Made by a program: the position numbers and the translations under genes. A DNA stretch of 64,000 bases from Akkermansiaceae bacterium (GTDB lineage Bacteria; Verrucomicrobiota; Verrucomicrobiia; Verrucomicrobiales; Akkermansiaceae). The stretch's first letter is position 1, and each line of letters begins with the position of its first letter. Below the pieces are notes generated by a model. The model did no database searches and was not told where the DNA came from. It worked only from the letters and a program-made list of their open reading frames with translations. This document shows, piece after piece, positions 20,648-32,600 of this stretch. The stretch spans positions 52,864 to 116,863 of the forward strand of contig JACKPZ010000007.1 of assembly GCA_024233135.1 (NCBI GenBank). Reading direction: 5' to 3'.

Positions 20648-21877
20648 TCAGTTGCGGGTTGCGAATTCGGCGCGCTCCGAGCCGCCGGCGGCGGCGCGGT
20701 AGCGGAGCAGGGCTTCGAGGAAATAGTAGTCCGCGTAGTTGAGCGGCACATCCACCTCGCTGTCCTCCGGCGCGCTGCCGGTGGAGTGTTTGAGAAGGAA
20801 GCCGCCGTTGGTTCCGTCCTCCGCGAGGTACGCCGGCGAGCCGAGCGAGAGGAGCTGCGCCTTTGCGAAGTCGAGATATGCCTTTCCGTTCTCCGGACCG
20901 AGATGTCCGGCGAGTTCGATCATCGCGCTGGCGGTGATGGCGGCGGACGACGCGTCGCGCGGTGTGTCATTTCCCGGCTCCGCGCCGAAGTCCCAATAAG
21001 GCACCTTGTCTTCCGGCAGGTTCGGATGGTTTCGGTAGAAGTCCGCCACCTTGCGGGCCTGCGCGAGGTATTCCGCTTTTCCTGTGAGCCGGTAGATCAA
21101 CGTGAAGCCATAGATCGCCCAGCTCTGGCCGCGCGCCCATGCGCTGAGCACGCTGCGCCCCTGGCGCGAGTGGATCGCGAGGATCGCGCCGTTCTCCGGT
21201 TTGTAGTCGAGCACATGATACGCCGAGCCATCCGCGCGGAAGTGGTTCGCCAGCGTCTTGTCGGCGTGGCTCAGGGAAATCTCGCGCAACGACGCGTCGC
21301 CACCGTGGTCCGCTGCCCACATCAGGAGTTCGAGGTTCATCATGTTGTCGATGATGACCGGATAGGTATACGGCCCGAAATCCCACGAGCGGATCAGCCC
21401 GGGTTTCTCGTGATAGCGTGTCGCGAGCGCCTTCGCGCCGTCGAGAAGCACCGCCTTCGCCTTGTCGTCGGGTGCGAGGCGCATCTGATGGCCGTACGAC
21501 GAGCCGAGCATGAAGCCGACATCATGGTGGCCCTTGAAATGACGGATCCGCTCGAGGCTGCCGGTCATCTTCATCGCCCGTTGTTTCCAAACATCGGAGC
21601 CGGTGAATTCGTGGATGAGCCACAAGGTCCCCGGGAAGAACCCGCTGGTCCAGTCCTCGGCTTTCACAAGTTTCACGCGCCCGTCCTTGTCCATCGTGCG
21701 GGGGATCATGCCGCTGTCGCCGGTCGCATCGAAAAGCCGTTCGCTCTGCGAGGCCGCGCGCTCGAAAACCTGCGGGATCATCACCAGGACCGCGTCCGCT
21801 TCGGCGCGTGCGGTCCGGGTGCCCAGCAGGGCGATCGTGGAAACAGCGAGTGTGCGAATGAGAATGTGTCGGATCAT
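20648..21877 (-). CDS. GH88 unsaturated glucuronyl hydrolase (secreted)
   Basis: DWTSGFFPGTLW, HDVGF, VIIDNMMNLE, WARGQSWAIYG, RDASSAAI, YADYYFLEAL. Confidence 0.92.
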   Translation of the reverse strand: MIRHILIRTLAVSTIALLGTRTARAEADAVLVMIPQVFERAASQSERLFDATGDSGMIPRTMDKDGRVKLVKAEDWTSGFFPGTLWLIHEFTGSDVWKQRAMKMTGSLERIRHFKGHHDVGFMLGSSYGHQMRLAPDDKAKAVLLDGAKALATRYHEKPGLIRSWDFGPYTYPVIIDNMMNLELLMWAADHGGDASLREISLSHADKTLANHFRADGSAYHVLDYKPENGAILAIHSRQGRSVLSAWARGQSWAIYGFTLIYRLTGKAEYLAQARKVADFYRNHPNLPEDKVPYWDFGAEPGNDTPRDASSAAITASAMIELAGHLGPENGKAYLDFAKAQLLSLGSPAYLAEDGTNGGFLLKHSTGSAPEDSEVDVPLNYADYYFLEALLRYRAAAGGSERAEFATRN

Positions 21878-22005
21878 CGGAAGAACAAAAAACATCGATC
21901 CGGTAGCGGATCTGTCATGCCAATGCAACTCCGTGCCGACGAAAGTTTCTCCAGCCGTCCCGAATTCGTTTGGGGAAACGGACGATGGCCGCCTAGCATC
22001 CGCCC

Positions 22006-24072
22006 GTGACCGGTGACCACGCGCGGGACCGCTGGCGGACGGACGGAAAGTTCTTCCGTGCGGCCGGGCGGCGCGTGTCGCTCCGCGCGGTGACCTACGG
22101 GCCGTTTCCCGGCGGTTGGCCGCGCGATTTCGCGCCGGATTTCCAGCGGATCCGGGCCGCGGGTTTCAACGCGCTGCGGTTGTTCGAAATGCCGGACAGC
22201 AGGCTGCTCGACGCGGCGGCGGCGCATGGACTGCGCGTCTTCGGCGGCCTCCACTGGGGCCAGAACGAGGAGTTTTTCCGCACCCCGCGGCTGCTCTCGG
22301 CGGCACGGGTCTCGCTGGCGGAGTCGCTGCGCGAAACCGCGGACCACCCGGCGCTTGCGGGCGTCTTCGTCGCCAACGAGATCCCGGCGGATCTCGTCCG
22401 CTGGATGGGCCCGGCCAGGGTGCGGGCCACGCTGGAGGAACTCATCGACCTTGGCCGCGAGTCCGCGCCCCGGCTTCTCTTCGCCTACGCGAACTATCCG
22501 AGCACCGAGTATCTCGAGCCGGAAAACGCGGACTTCACCGCGTTCAACATCTATCTCGAACAGGCCGCGGAGTTTCGTGCCTATCTCAAACGCCTGCACC
22601 ACATCGCCGGCGACCGGCCGCTGGTGGTCTCCGAGTTCGGCCTCGACTCGCGCCGCAACGGCCTCGTCCGCCAGGCGGAAACGCTGCGCTGGGCCGAGAC
22701 CATCGCCGCCGAGGAAGAGTGCGCCGGTTTCACCATCTTCTCATGGAGCGACCGCTGGTGGAACAACTCCGCGGAGGTGGGAGACTGGGATTTCGGCCTC
22801 GTCGATCGCGACGGAAACGACAAACCCGCCATCGAAGCCGTCACCGCACCGGTGCCCGAGAAGGTGGTGCCATTTCCGCGTTTCTCCGTCATCGTCTGCA
22901 CCCGCGACGGCCGCGAACGCATCGACCGCTGCCTCGCCGCGATCCGCGCGATGGACGGCGAGTTCGAGACCGTGCTCGTTGACGATGGATCCACCGACGG
23001 CACCAGTTCCCATGTCGCGCGGCGGCATCCGTGGGTGAAACTCGTCACCCTCGATCCCTGCGGGCTCAGCGCGGCGCGAAACGCGGGGGCCGACGCCGCG
23101 ACGGGCGACGTGCTCGCCTACACCGACGACGATTGCGAGCCGGACCGCGAGTGGCTCGTCCGGCTCGCGCGGGTTTTCGCCGATGGACGTTTCGCCGCCG
23201 CGGGCGGACCGAACCTGCCGCCACCGCCGCGCGATTGGCATGAGGCGGTGGTCTGCGCGTCGCCCGGCGCGCCGAGTCATGTCATGCTCGACGACGAGGA
23301 AGCCGAGCACCTGCCCGGCTGCAACCTCGCCGTCACCCGAGCCGCGTTCGAGGCGGTCGGAGGCTTCGACACCCGCTTCGAAACGGCGGGTGACGACGTC
23401 GATTTCTGCTGGCGCCTCCGCGAGGCGGGTTTCCGTCTCGGTTTCGCGCCCGGCGCCTTCGTCTGGCACCACCGGCGCAAGTCGGTCCGCGGTTTCCTCC
23501 GCCAGCAGATCGGCTACGGCCGTGCCGAGCGGCTGCTGCTGGAGAAACACCCGTCGCGATTCAGCAAACGCGGCGGCGCGCGCTGGCACGGCTTCGTCTA
23601 TGGCGGCGGCCCCGTGCGGGCGATGGAACATTCGCTCATCGAACACGGGTCGATGGGCCGCGGCGGCTACCAGTCGATCCGCAACCGCATGCTTCCGCTG
23701 CGCGGCATCGACACCCGCTTTTCGCGATGGTGGTCGCGCGCCGCGCTCGCGCTCGTCGAGTTCCTCGTGCCGCACATCCGTGCATGGGAACGCAACCGCA
23801 CGCTTATCCCTCCCTGCGAGCCGCGGAGGCGCTCCACCGTCCCACGGGTGGACGACGAGATCGCCGTCCATGGGATCGACCGTGACGCATTGTTAGGAAA
23901 ACTCCTGGCCGCCGGGTGGAAACCCGGAGGCCCCTTCGACCCATGGGACGCCCGTCTGGGAAACACCCGCGTGCTTGCCGCGACCGAGCACCACGCCGAC
24001 GGCTCGAAGGACAGCCTCGTCCGCGTCTGGGGCGATCCCGCGGACCTGTCTCAATCGATCCGCAGCGCCTGA
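22006..24072 (+). CDS. Glycoside hydrolase-like TIM barrel fused to a GT2 glycosyltransferase
   Basis: N-terminal VANEIP and VSEFG (clan GH-A-like glutamates); C-terminal SVIVCT, VDDGSTD, YTDDDC, GCNLA, GDDVDFCWR. Confidence 0.85.
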   Translation: MTGDHARDRWRTDGKFFRAAGRRVSLRAVTYGPFPGGWPRDFAPDFQRIRAAGFNALRLFEMPDSRLLDAAAAHGLRVFGGLHWGQNEEFFRTPRLLSAARVSLAESLRETADHPALAGVFVANEIPADLVRWMGPARVRATLEELIDLGRESAPRLLFAYANYPSTEYLEPENADFTAFNIYLEQAAEFRAYLKRLHHIAGDRPLVVSEFGLDSRRNGLVRQAETLRWAETIAAEEECAGFTIFSWSDRWWNNSAEVGDWDFGLVDRDGNDKPAIEAVTAPVPEKVVPFPRFSVIVCTRDGRERIDRCLAAIRAMDGEFETVLVDDGSTDGTSSHVARRHPWVKLVTLDPCGLSAARNAGADAATGDVLAYTDDDCEPDREWLVRLARVFADGRFAAAGGPNLPPPPRDWHEAVVCASPGAPSHVMLDDEEAEHLPGCNLAVTRAAFEAVGGFDTRFETAGDDVDFCWRLREAGFRLGFAPGAFVWHHRRKSVRGFLRQQIGYGRAERLLLEKHPSRFSKRGGARWHGFVYGGGPVRAMEHSLIEHGSMGRGGYQSIRNRMLPLRGIDTRFSRWWSRAALALVEFLVPHIRAWERNRTLIPPCEPRRRSTVPRVDDEIAVHGIDRDALLGKLLAAGWKPGGPFDPWDARLGNTRVLAATEHHADGSKDSLVRVWGDPADLSQSIRSA

Positions 24073-26546
24073 TAGAACATCCGTTCCTCCGACGCCGGCA
24101 GCGTCACCTCCAGCAGCGTAGAGTCCGTGTGGTGGATCTCCGGAAGCAGTTTCCAGCCGGGCGGGCCGAGCGTCGGACTGCTCCGCACCTGATAGACGCG
24201 CCCCGGTTTCACCCGGAATCGCAGCGTCACCATGCCGCCGGCGTGTGTCACGGAGTCCGTGCCGAAGAAATCCGCGCCGTCCTGCGGATCGGTGCCGGCG
24301 AGATATTCATCGAGGTTCGTGCGGCCATCGTGGTCGAGGTCGCCGCCGGCGTCGTCGATGCCCACGGTCATGCCGTTCGCGGTTTCGTATCCGTCCGGGA
24401 TGCCGTCGGAGTCGCTGTCGGTCGCGGTGACGGAGATGGCGGCCGAGAAACCGGAGGTGTCGCCGTTCCCTTCGTCCGTCGCGGTGGCGGTGATCTGCTT
24501 TCCGACGACCAGCGCGGTGGGAAACGCCTGCGAAAACGCCGCGTGTCCCGCACCATCGGTGGTAAGCGAGTCGATCGCTCCAAGGAACACGACGCCCTCG
24601 CCCGGCGCAGCCGAGGCGAAGAACTCGATGCGGAAGTCGTGGCCGGGCGTGGAATCGAGCGTGCCGTTGATCGTCACGCCGCCCGCATCCGCCACCGCGG
24701 AGCCGAGCGCGGGTGCGGCGGCGCCGTGGTTTCCATCGCGGATGTCGATGCCGAGGTATGCGTGGTCCGAGATCGAGTTCATCCGGAACGTGTTGCCGAT
24801 CGCGGTCGAATCGAAGAGCACGATGCCCGCGCTGTTGTGGTGGGCGATGCGGTTGGAGGCGACCACGTTGTCCGTGCTGTCGTTCCAGATCGCCACGCCG
24901 GCGAAGTTGTTGCCCAGCGCTCCGCCGCCCGCGGAGATGCCGATCTGATTGCCTTCGATCGCGTTGTCGTCGCTGCCCGGGCCGATGATCGCGATGCCGT
25001 ATCCGAAGGGCTCACCGTTGCCCGCGACGATGTTTCCTTCGACCACGTTGTCCGCCGCGCCGTCGACGATGTAGATGCCGGCGTCGCTGTTGGAAACCGC
25101 CGAGCCGCCCGTGGCGTCGGTGCCGATGAAGTTGCCGGCGACCGTGTTGTTCACCACGCCGGAGCCGGTGAGCCAGATGCCGGCGCCGTGGTTTCCGGAA
25201 ACCACGTTGCCGGGGCCGATCGTGTTGAACGAGGACGCGTCGGTGATGATCACGCCGCCGAGGCCGTTCGGCAGCGCCGCGTCGCCCGCCGCGCGGGTGC
25301 CCACGCGGGAGCCGGTCACCTTGTTGTCATGGGTGGCCGCGCCGGAGATCCACACGCCGTACTCGGTGTTTCCCGACAGGACATTGCCGGGGCCGATGGT
25401 GTTGTCGTGCGCGCCATCGGAGATCTGCACGCCTTGTTTCGCATTCGGCGCGGCGCTCGTCCCGTCGCTGCCGACGCCGCACCAGCAATCGCGCACGGTG
25501 TTGCCGGAGGCGTTCGGATGGAGCATGGCGATGCCCACCCACGGTGAGCGCACGATGCCCAGTCCGCGCACGGTGCAGCCGGACGCATAGATCATGATTC
25601 CCGGCGGCTCGCCGGATTCCGGCAGCACCCCGGAGCCGTCGAGAAACACCACCGGGTTTCCCGCGTAGCCGGGCTGCGTGGTCGCGTCGATCACCGTGCC
25701 ATCCGTCGCCAGCGGCGGAAGGTGGCCGGTGGGTTTGATGGTGAAAACGCCCGCCGCATGGCCCGGATCGCTCGTCGGGATATCAAAGGTGACCGTGGTC
25801 CCCGGATGATCTGCGGCATAGTACATCGCGGCGCGCAGGCTGCCCGGCCCGGTGTCCGCCGTGGTGGTGACCACCGGCGAGAGCGCGACCGCCCCATACA
25901 CCCACGCGGCCGCCGCGCGGTCGCCGGGACTGAGCGCGAAGTTGCCCATCCGCGGCTGATAGATCTCGAATCCGGGTTTTGCGGTGAGCGTGTCGAGGTT
26001 CGCCGGGTCGGTCGAAAACAGGTTGCGGCTGAAATGCATCACCGACTCGAAGTCATAGCCGTCGCGGCTCACGCCATCCGGCTGGATGTCGAACCAGAAC
26101 GCGTTGCCCGGCGTGATGTTCGCGGTTTCCACCGTCACATACGTGTCGCGGTCCGGACGGGTGTGCTCGTGGTCGAAGCCTAACAAATGCCCCGTTTCAT
26201 GCACGATCTGCGAGCGGGTGAGCGCGTTGATCTCGACGAGCGCCGGCTGGCTTCCCGAAACGAGATTCGGCCCGGAGGGATCGTATTCGAAACGCGCGTA
26301 GTCGGTTTCCGTCGTGCGCTCGATGAAATGGACGTCCGCCGCGAGCTCCCACTCGCGGATGCCGTCGAGATATGCCTTTTTCTGCGCCGCGGTGAGCGCG
26401 GGATCGATCACATACGGAATCGTCCCGCCCGGCCACGGCGCGGTCGCAGGAGACACGCCGTTGTACAGAAAGCCGGCGTGGAGCGGAACCGCTCCGGACA
26501 GACAGAGCAGGAACGTCGTGAGTCTAAGCGGAGGAAACGCTTTCAT
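24051..26546 (-). CDS. Secreted M12A (astacin) metallopeptidase with beta-helix repeats and a C-terminal sorting-like domain
   Basis: WPGGTIPY, HETGHLLGFDHEHTRPDRD, Met-turn SVMHF, repeated NTIGPGNVxSGN, DSDSDGIPDGYE. Confidence 0.88.
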   Translation of the reverse strand: MKAFPPLRLTTFLLCLSGAVPLHAGFLYNGVSPATAPWPGGTIPYVIDPALTAAQKKAYLDGIREWELAADVHFIERTTETDYARFEYDPSGPNLVSGSQPALVEINALTRSQIVHETGHLLGFDHEHTRPDRDTYVTVETANITPGNAFWFDIQPDGVSRDGYDFESVMHFSRNLFSTDPANLDTLTAKPGFEIYQPRMGNFALSPGDRAAAAWVYGAVALSPVVTTTADTGPGSLRAAMYYAADHPGTTVTFDIPTSDPGHAAGVFTIKPTGHLPPLATDGTVIDATTQPGYAGNPVVFLDGSGVLPESGEPPGIMIYASGCTVRGLGIVRSPWVGIAMLHPNASGNTVRDCWCGVGSDGTSAAPNAKQGVQISDGAHDNTIGPGNVLSGNTEYGVWISGAATHDNKVTGSRVGTRAAGDAALPNGLGGVIITDASSFNTIGPGNVVSGNHGAGIWLTGSGVVNNTVAGNFIGTDATGGSAVSNSDAGIYIVDGAADNVVEGNIVAGNGEPFGYGIAIIGPGSDDNAIEGNQIGISAGGGALGNNFAGVAIWNDSTDNVVASNRIAHHNSAGIVLFDSTAIGNTFRMNSISDHAYLGIDIRDGNHGAAAPALGSAVADAGGVTINGTLDSTPGHDFRIEFFASAAPGEGVVFLGAIDSLTTDGAGHAAFSQAFPTALVVGKQITATATDEGNGDTSGFSAAISVTATDSDSDGIPDGYETANGMTVGIDDAGGDLDHDGRTNLDEYLAGTDPQDGADFFGTDSVTHAGGMVTLRFRVKPGRVYQVRSSPTLGPPGWKLLPEIHHTDSTLLEVTLPASEERMFYQALRID

Positions 26547-26603
26547 GGGGGATCTTCGCGAGGCTAGTCCCGCGCGCCGGACCGCGCAAGACCCCTCGCG
26601 ACA

Positions 26604-29600
26604 TCACCTTGGATGGCCGATCCGGTAGAACATCCGCGGGCCCTCCGGCTCCGGGTCCGCAAGTTCGACGGGACCTGCTTCCATGACGGTGATCTCGTCC
26701 ACGGTGGTCCAGTCGCGGAGATTGTCCGAGCGCTGGAGAAAATGCCGGCCCGGGCGCTCCGCGATCCAGGTCAGGGTGACGGTTTGATCGTGCACGACCA
26801 TCGTTGGAGACCCCGTGGCCACCACAGTCGGTAGCGGTTCCTGCACGTCGGCGAGAGCCATTCGGGCCGCGACGATCTTCGCCTCGGCGACGGGGGAGAT
26901 GCGGACATGGTCGAGCGTGAGGTCGAGCGCGTGGGTCGTGGACGAGAGGTCCCGGAACGTGAGTGTCGTGACCGCGGAGTCCGCGGCGAAACGGATCGTC
27001 CGGGTTTCCCAACGGATGTTCGCTCCGCCGATGCGCGAGATCGGATAGGCCTCCGATGCCAGGTTTCCGATGCCCGCGAGTTCCACACCGAGCCGCTGCG
27101 CGCTGTTGTTGTAGGCGAGCACGCCGAAGTCGAAGGCGAGGTCGTATTCCGCTCCCGGAGTCGTGGCGAAAGAACGCGAGAGCACGCCGTTGGGTTCGCT
27201 GTTGCCGTTGTTGAACGCGACAAGGCGGTTGCCGTTCGTCGCGACATACAGCCCGGTTTGCTGGAGGGATACGTTGCCAGCCACGGTCCAGCTGTCGAAG
27301 CCCTGCTCGAAACTGCCGTTAAAGAACGGGTCGGCGTTTTGGATCGTCAGTGTCGCCGCCGCGCTGGTGGTCGAGCCCGCGGCGTTGGAAACGACCACGT
27401 CATAACTCGCCTCGTCGCCGCTGGTGACGGCTGATAGAACAAGCTCCGCTCCCATCCCGCCGGCGATGTCCACCCCGTCGCGGCGCCATTGATAGACCAG
27501 AGCGCCGGTGCCGTCCGCGACGACGGAGAATGTGACGTCCCCGCCATCCGGCGAGACCGCATCCGCGGGGTTCGTGAGGATCACCGGCGGGCCTTCGACA
27601 TAGCGGGCGGTGAGCGAAACATCGGCGTCCATCGTGATCGCGATCGACACGTCGCCGGAGAAGTCGACTCCGTCGCGCGTCCATTTTTCAAACCGGTATC
27701 CCTGAAGCGAAGCAGGGGCCTCGAGAGTGACAACGGCACCGTCCTGATAGAAAAGGGTCAACGGTGTCATCACGAGGTCCGGACCGATGGAAACCGATGC
27801 GCCATCGAAAGGAGCGGACGCGACGTCCAGCCGCCGGCTGATCCGTTGGGTGACACGGACCTTGTCGAGCAACAGGTCGAGGCCGTTGGTGGAGTCCGAG
27901 AGATCGCGAAACGTGATCGTGGCAAGCGGGCTGTCCGCGGTGAAAACGAATGAGGCACCCAGCCAGCGGATGTTCGCACCACTGCGGCGGATTTCCAAAC
28001 TCTCGCTCAAGAGCGGCCCGTCTCCCGTCACCTCGACGCCGATCCTCTGGACGAAGTTGTTGTAGGCGAGCACGCCGTAGTCGAACGACAGCTCATAGAT
28101 TCCGCCGGGCTCGGTGGTGAACTCGCGGGACAGGACTCCGTCCGGCTCGTTGTTGCCGTTGTTGAAGGAGACGAGGAAGTCGCCCTCGGTGGCGGAGTAC
28201 GGCGCGCCGGACTGGATCGCGAGGCTGCCCGTGGCCGTCCAACCGTCGAAGCCATCCTCGAAGCTTCCGTTGGAAAAGTCCTCCGGATTCCGCACCGCCA
28301 GCGTGGCCGCATTGCTGACGGTGGATCCCGCGCCGTTGGAGACCACGACGTCGTAACTTCCTTCCTCCTCCGCCGTGACGAATGTTAGAGCCAGTTCCGC
28401 CGTGTTCGCTCCATCGATATCCACGCCGTCGCGGCGCCACTGATAGACCAGCGTGCCGGTGCCCTCGGCGCTGACGGAAAAGGTGGCGCCCTCCCCTTCG
28501 GCGACGGTGGCATTTGATGGTTGCGATACGATCACCGGTGGTCCTTCGATGTAGATGGCGGTGAGCGAAACATCGGCATCCATCGTGATTTCGACGGCCG
28601 GTTCGGTGGACAAGTCGGATCCGTCGCGGGTCCATTTTTCAAACCGATACCCTTGCAGCGAGGGAGCGGCTTCCAACGACACCACGGCGCCGTCCTGGTA
28701 CGACCGCGCGAGCGGTGTGGCGGCGCTGTTGGCGGAATCGATCGTGATCGTCGCTCCGTCGAAGGGCGTGGAAAGCACCTCCAGCGTCCGGCTGATCCGC
28801 TGTGTGATGCGGATGTTGTCGAGCAGCAGATCGAGGCCGTTGGTGGTGTCCGAGAGATCGCGGAAGGTGATCGTCGCGAGCGGGCTGTCCGCGGTGAAAA
28901 CAAACGAGGCGCCCAGCCAGCGGAGATTCCCGCCGGCACGCTGGATTTCCAAGCTCTCGTCCAACAACGGAGCGGAACCGGTCACCTCGACGCCGATCCT
29001 TTGCGTGAAGTTGTTGTAAGCGAGCACGCCGTAGTCGAAGGATAGCTCGTAGATCCCGCCGGGCTCGGTGGCGAACTCGCGGGACAGCACACCGTCCGGT
29101 TGGTTGTTTCCGTTGTTGAAGGAAACGAGGAAGTCTCCCTCGGTGGCGGAATACGGCGCGCCGGACTGGATCGCGAGGTTGCCCGTGGCCGTCCATCCGT
29201 CGATGCCTTCCTCGAAGCCGCCGTTGGTGAAGTCGGCGGGATTGCGGACCGTCAGCACGGCCGGCGTGCTGGTCGTCGCGCCCGCTTCGTTGGCAACCAC
29301 GACATCATAGGTTCCTTCGTCGGCGGAAGTGACGGATGTGAGAACAAGCTCGGTTCCATCCGCCCCGGGGATCTCCACGCCGTCGCGGCGCCATTGATAG
29401 ACGACCGTGCCGGTGCCTTCGGCGGTGACGGAGAAGGTGACGTCGCCGTTTTCCAACCCGGTCGTATCCGCGGGTTGTGTGAGGATGACGGGAGGTCCCT
29501 CGACGTATTCGGCGGTCAGGGAAAGATCCTCGTCGAGAAGCAGCTCCACCTCCGGTGATGCGGAGAAGAGCTCGCCATCACGGGTCCAGCGGTCGAAACG

Positions 29601-32600
29601 ATAACCCTGCAGCGAAAGCGGAGCGGACAGCGTGACCATCTCTTCATTCGGAAACGTGCGGACGAACGGTGTGACGCCATCGTCCCCGCCGGGGCTCACG
29701 GAGACCACCGCCGAATCAAACGGCGACGATGCGACGGAAAGCGTGTGGCTGACTTGTTGGACGAGGTGGACGTTGTCGAGCAGGAGGTCGATCGCCTGGG
29801 TGGACGGTGAAAGATCCCGGAAGGTGATCGTCGCGGTCCCGCCATCCGCGGTGAAGAACGTGGAATGGCTTTCCCAGCGGAGATTCGTGCCGCTGGAACG
29901 CGAGATCGGATGGGTTGTTTCCACCAGTGTCTCGTCGCCGCGCACCTCGACGCCGATCTGCTGTTCGTTTTCGTTGTAGGCGAGAACACCGAGGTCGTAG
30001 GAAAGCTGATAGAGCGCGCCCGGAACGGTGGCGATCGTTTGCGAAACGGCGCCGCCGGGCGGACGGTCGTCGTTGTTGAAGGAAAGCAGTTGGCCTCCCT
30101 CGGTGGCCTGATAGGGTGCCGAGTCCTGCACGGCCGCCGGGTCCTCCGTGGTCCAGTGATCGAGCGCGCTTTCGAAGCCGCCGTTCAGGAGCCGCGGGGC
30201 GAGCACGCGCACGGTTGTCGTGGTTTCGGACACGAGCCCGTATGCGTCCGTGACAGTGAGAACGATTGGATGCTCTCCGAGCGGAAGAAACACGGAGGCG
30301 GTTTCGGTTTCCGCGAGCACGGTGGAGTCGAGAGTCCAGCGGTGGGAAACGATCGGCGCCTCGCCCGCGCTGCTCGCGGTGGCATCGAGCGTCACTTCGG
30401 CGAGTCCGTCATGGTCGTCATCGACGGCGGTTTCCGCCAAGGCCGCCACCGCGGCGGGCGGTGGTTTCGGAACGGCGGTCCACTCGATGCGGTCGAGGTC
30501 GCCGCTCCGGTCCGCCGGGTCCGGCCCGGTGAAGCTGAGCCGGATGACATGCACGCCCGCGGACAACGGGATTTCCGGCCCGGAAATCGATTCCCAATCC
30601 ACTTCGGATCCATCCTCCGCGGCAGGGATGTCGATCGCGCCGAGCGGGCCGGCTTCATCGCTCGCGATCGACCATGTGCCTCCGGCATCGGGCGCGCGGA
30701 TCCGGACGCTGGGCCGGAACACGCCGGCTTCCGCCACGATCACGCTGAACTCAAGCCACTCGCCGGGTTCGATGAAAGTCACGTGATGGCCGACCGGTTC
30801 CTCGCCTTCGGGCGCTTCGTTCGGCTCGATATCGACATCCTCGTCGGGGCGGTATGCCAGTCCTTCGTTGCCGGCGGAGGTGTCGGAATAGGCGACTCCG
30901 GGACCGCCCTCATCGAAGTCCTCCGCCTCGATGATGCCCGGCACCGGATGCGGGCCGGCGGGATAGGGCGCGTTGCGGATTTCCGGAACGACTCCGGCGG
31001 GCGCCGTGGCGACGGACTCGTTGCCGTTCGCATCGGCCGCGGTGAGGACATATTCGTAGCGGATCCCGGCAACTGTGGTGTCGTCCGTGAACGAGAGATC
31101 GCCCGGTGTTGCGGTGGCGAAGGGCGGCTCGGAATCCCCGGGCTCGACTCCTTTCTCGCGGCGGTAGATGCGATACTCCGCGAGGTCGAAGGTTTCCACC
31201 GCGGACCAGTCGAGAGTGACCGACCCGTTCGCTGCGGGAGACGCGCGGAACGCCTCCGGCCGGGGCGGGGGAGTGTCGTCCTCCGCATCCGCGCGGTCGA
31301 TCCGCAGCGCGACGTCCTTCTGATAGACGATGGGTTCTAGCACGCGCACGCCGCCTTCGTGGACGAAGGTTTCCGCATGCAGTTCCGTTAGGTCGGACGG
31401 CCGTGTCCATGCCGCGCGCCACGTCCCGGCGGGGAGGTTCACTCCGAGGCTGGCGTTTTGTTCCGCTTCGTCGATGGGATCGTAGGCGAGTTGGAAGTTC
31501 CGCTGGGCCCCTGACCCGTGGTGGAGGTAGGCGACGTATTGTTGTCCCGGGCTGGCGACCGCCTGCAGAGTGGCGCCGTCCGGCAGGCCGGAGACCACCC
31601 ACGAGAGGTCGCGGCGGAGGCGGACGAGGTCGAGAGACCCGGAGTAGATGCCGAGGTTGCGGATCCCGTCGCGGATGTCCTGGCCGGGCGCACTGGAGCC
31701 GGTTTCGTCGTCGGCCGTGTAGATGTGGTGTTTGTAGTCGAGGCCGTTGTAAATGGCACCGCCGCCGAGGATGAACATCCACGCCTCCAGCCGCGCCTGA
31801 TCCGCGGTGACGGGGTCGGTTTCATTGAGCGAGAGCACCTTGCCGGAGCCGTAGCGTTCCATGAGCAGCAGCTCTGCGCCGCGGACCGGACTTCCGGGGA
31901 CGGTGATGGGATAGTGCTCGTGAATGAGATCGAAACCGTCGAGCTGTGGCGCCCAGCGCGGGAAATTGTGACCCACCACGTGTTTCTTCGGCAGCTCCGC
32001 CTCCTCTTCACGGATGGCGGCGAGCATGGCGCGGTGGAAGTCGAGTTCCTCGTCGTCCCGCACATCCGGCTCGTTCCAGAACGGCTCGTTCCATGGATTG
32101 TAGAGGATGTTGTCGAACCCGTTGAGCCGCCGGGTGATCTCGCGGACGACGGTTTCCTGGACTTCCAGCAGGCCGCTGTCCTTCGGGCGGTAGCAATCGT
32201 AGCGGCTTTCCGGCCCGATGCCCTGCGCGTTGTTCGACGGGTGGAACGGACTCGCCCGCCATTGGAGCTCGGTGTAGAAGGTGCTGAAGAACGTGAGGTC
32301 GATGATGATCCCGCGCTCGTCGCAGGCGCGGACGAATTCCTCGAGGCGGGTGAAGTAAGCCTCGTTCCATGTTTCGAAGTCCCACTTGCCGAGGCCGTCG
32401 AGCGCCGTGCTGCCGGTGTGAACCCGCGCCCATGGTTGGAGGAAACGTGCGGGTGGAACGGCCAGCGGGTCGTCACTCGGCTCCTTCGTGTTTTCGCGGA
32501 AGCCGACGAGGAACACCCGCGTCAGGTTCAGCCCGTCGCGTTTCAGGACGTCGAGATAGGGGACGAACTCGAAGTCCGTCCGGATGACCGAGCTGTAGTG

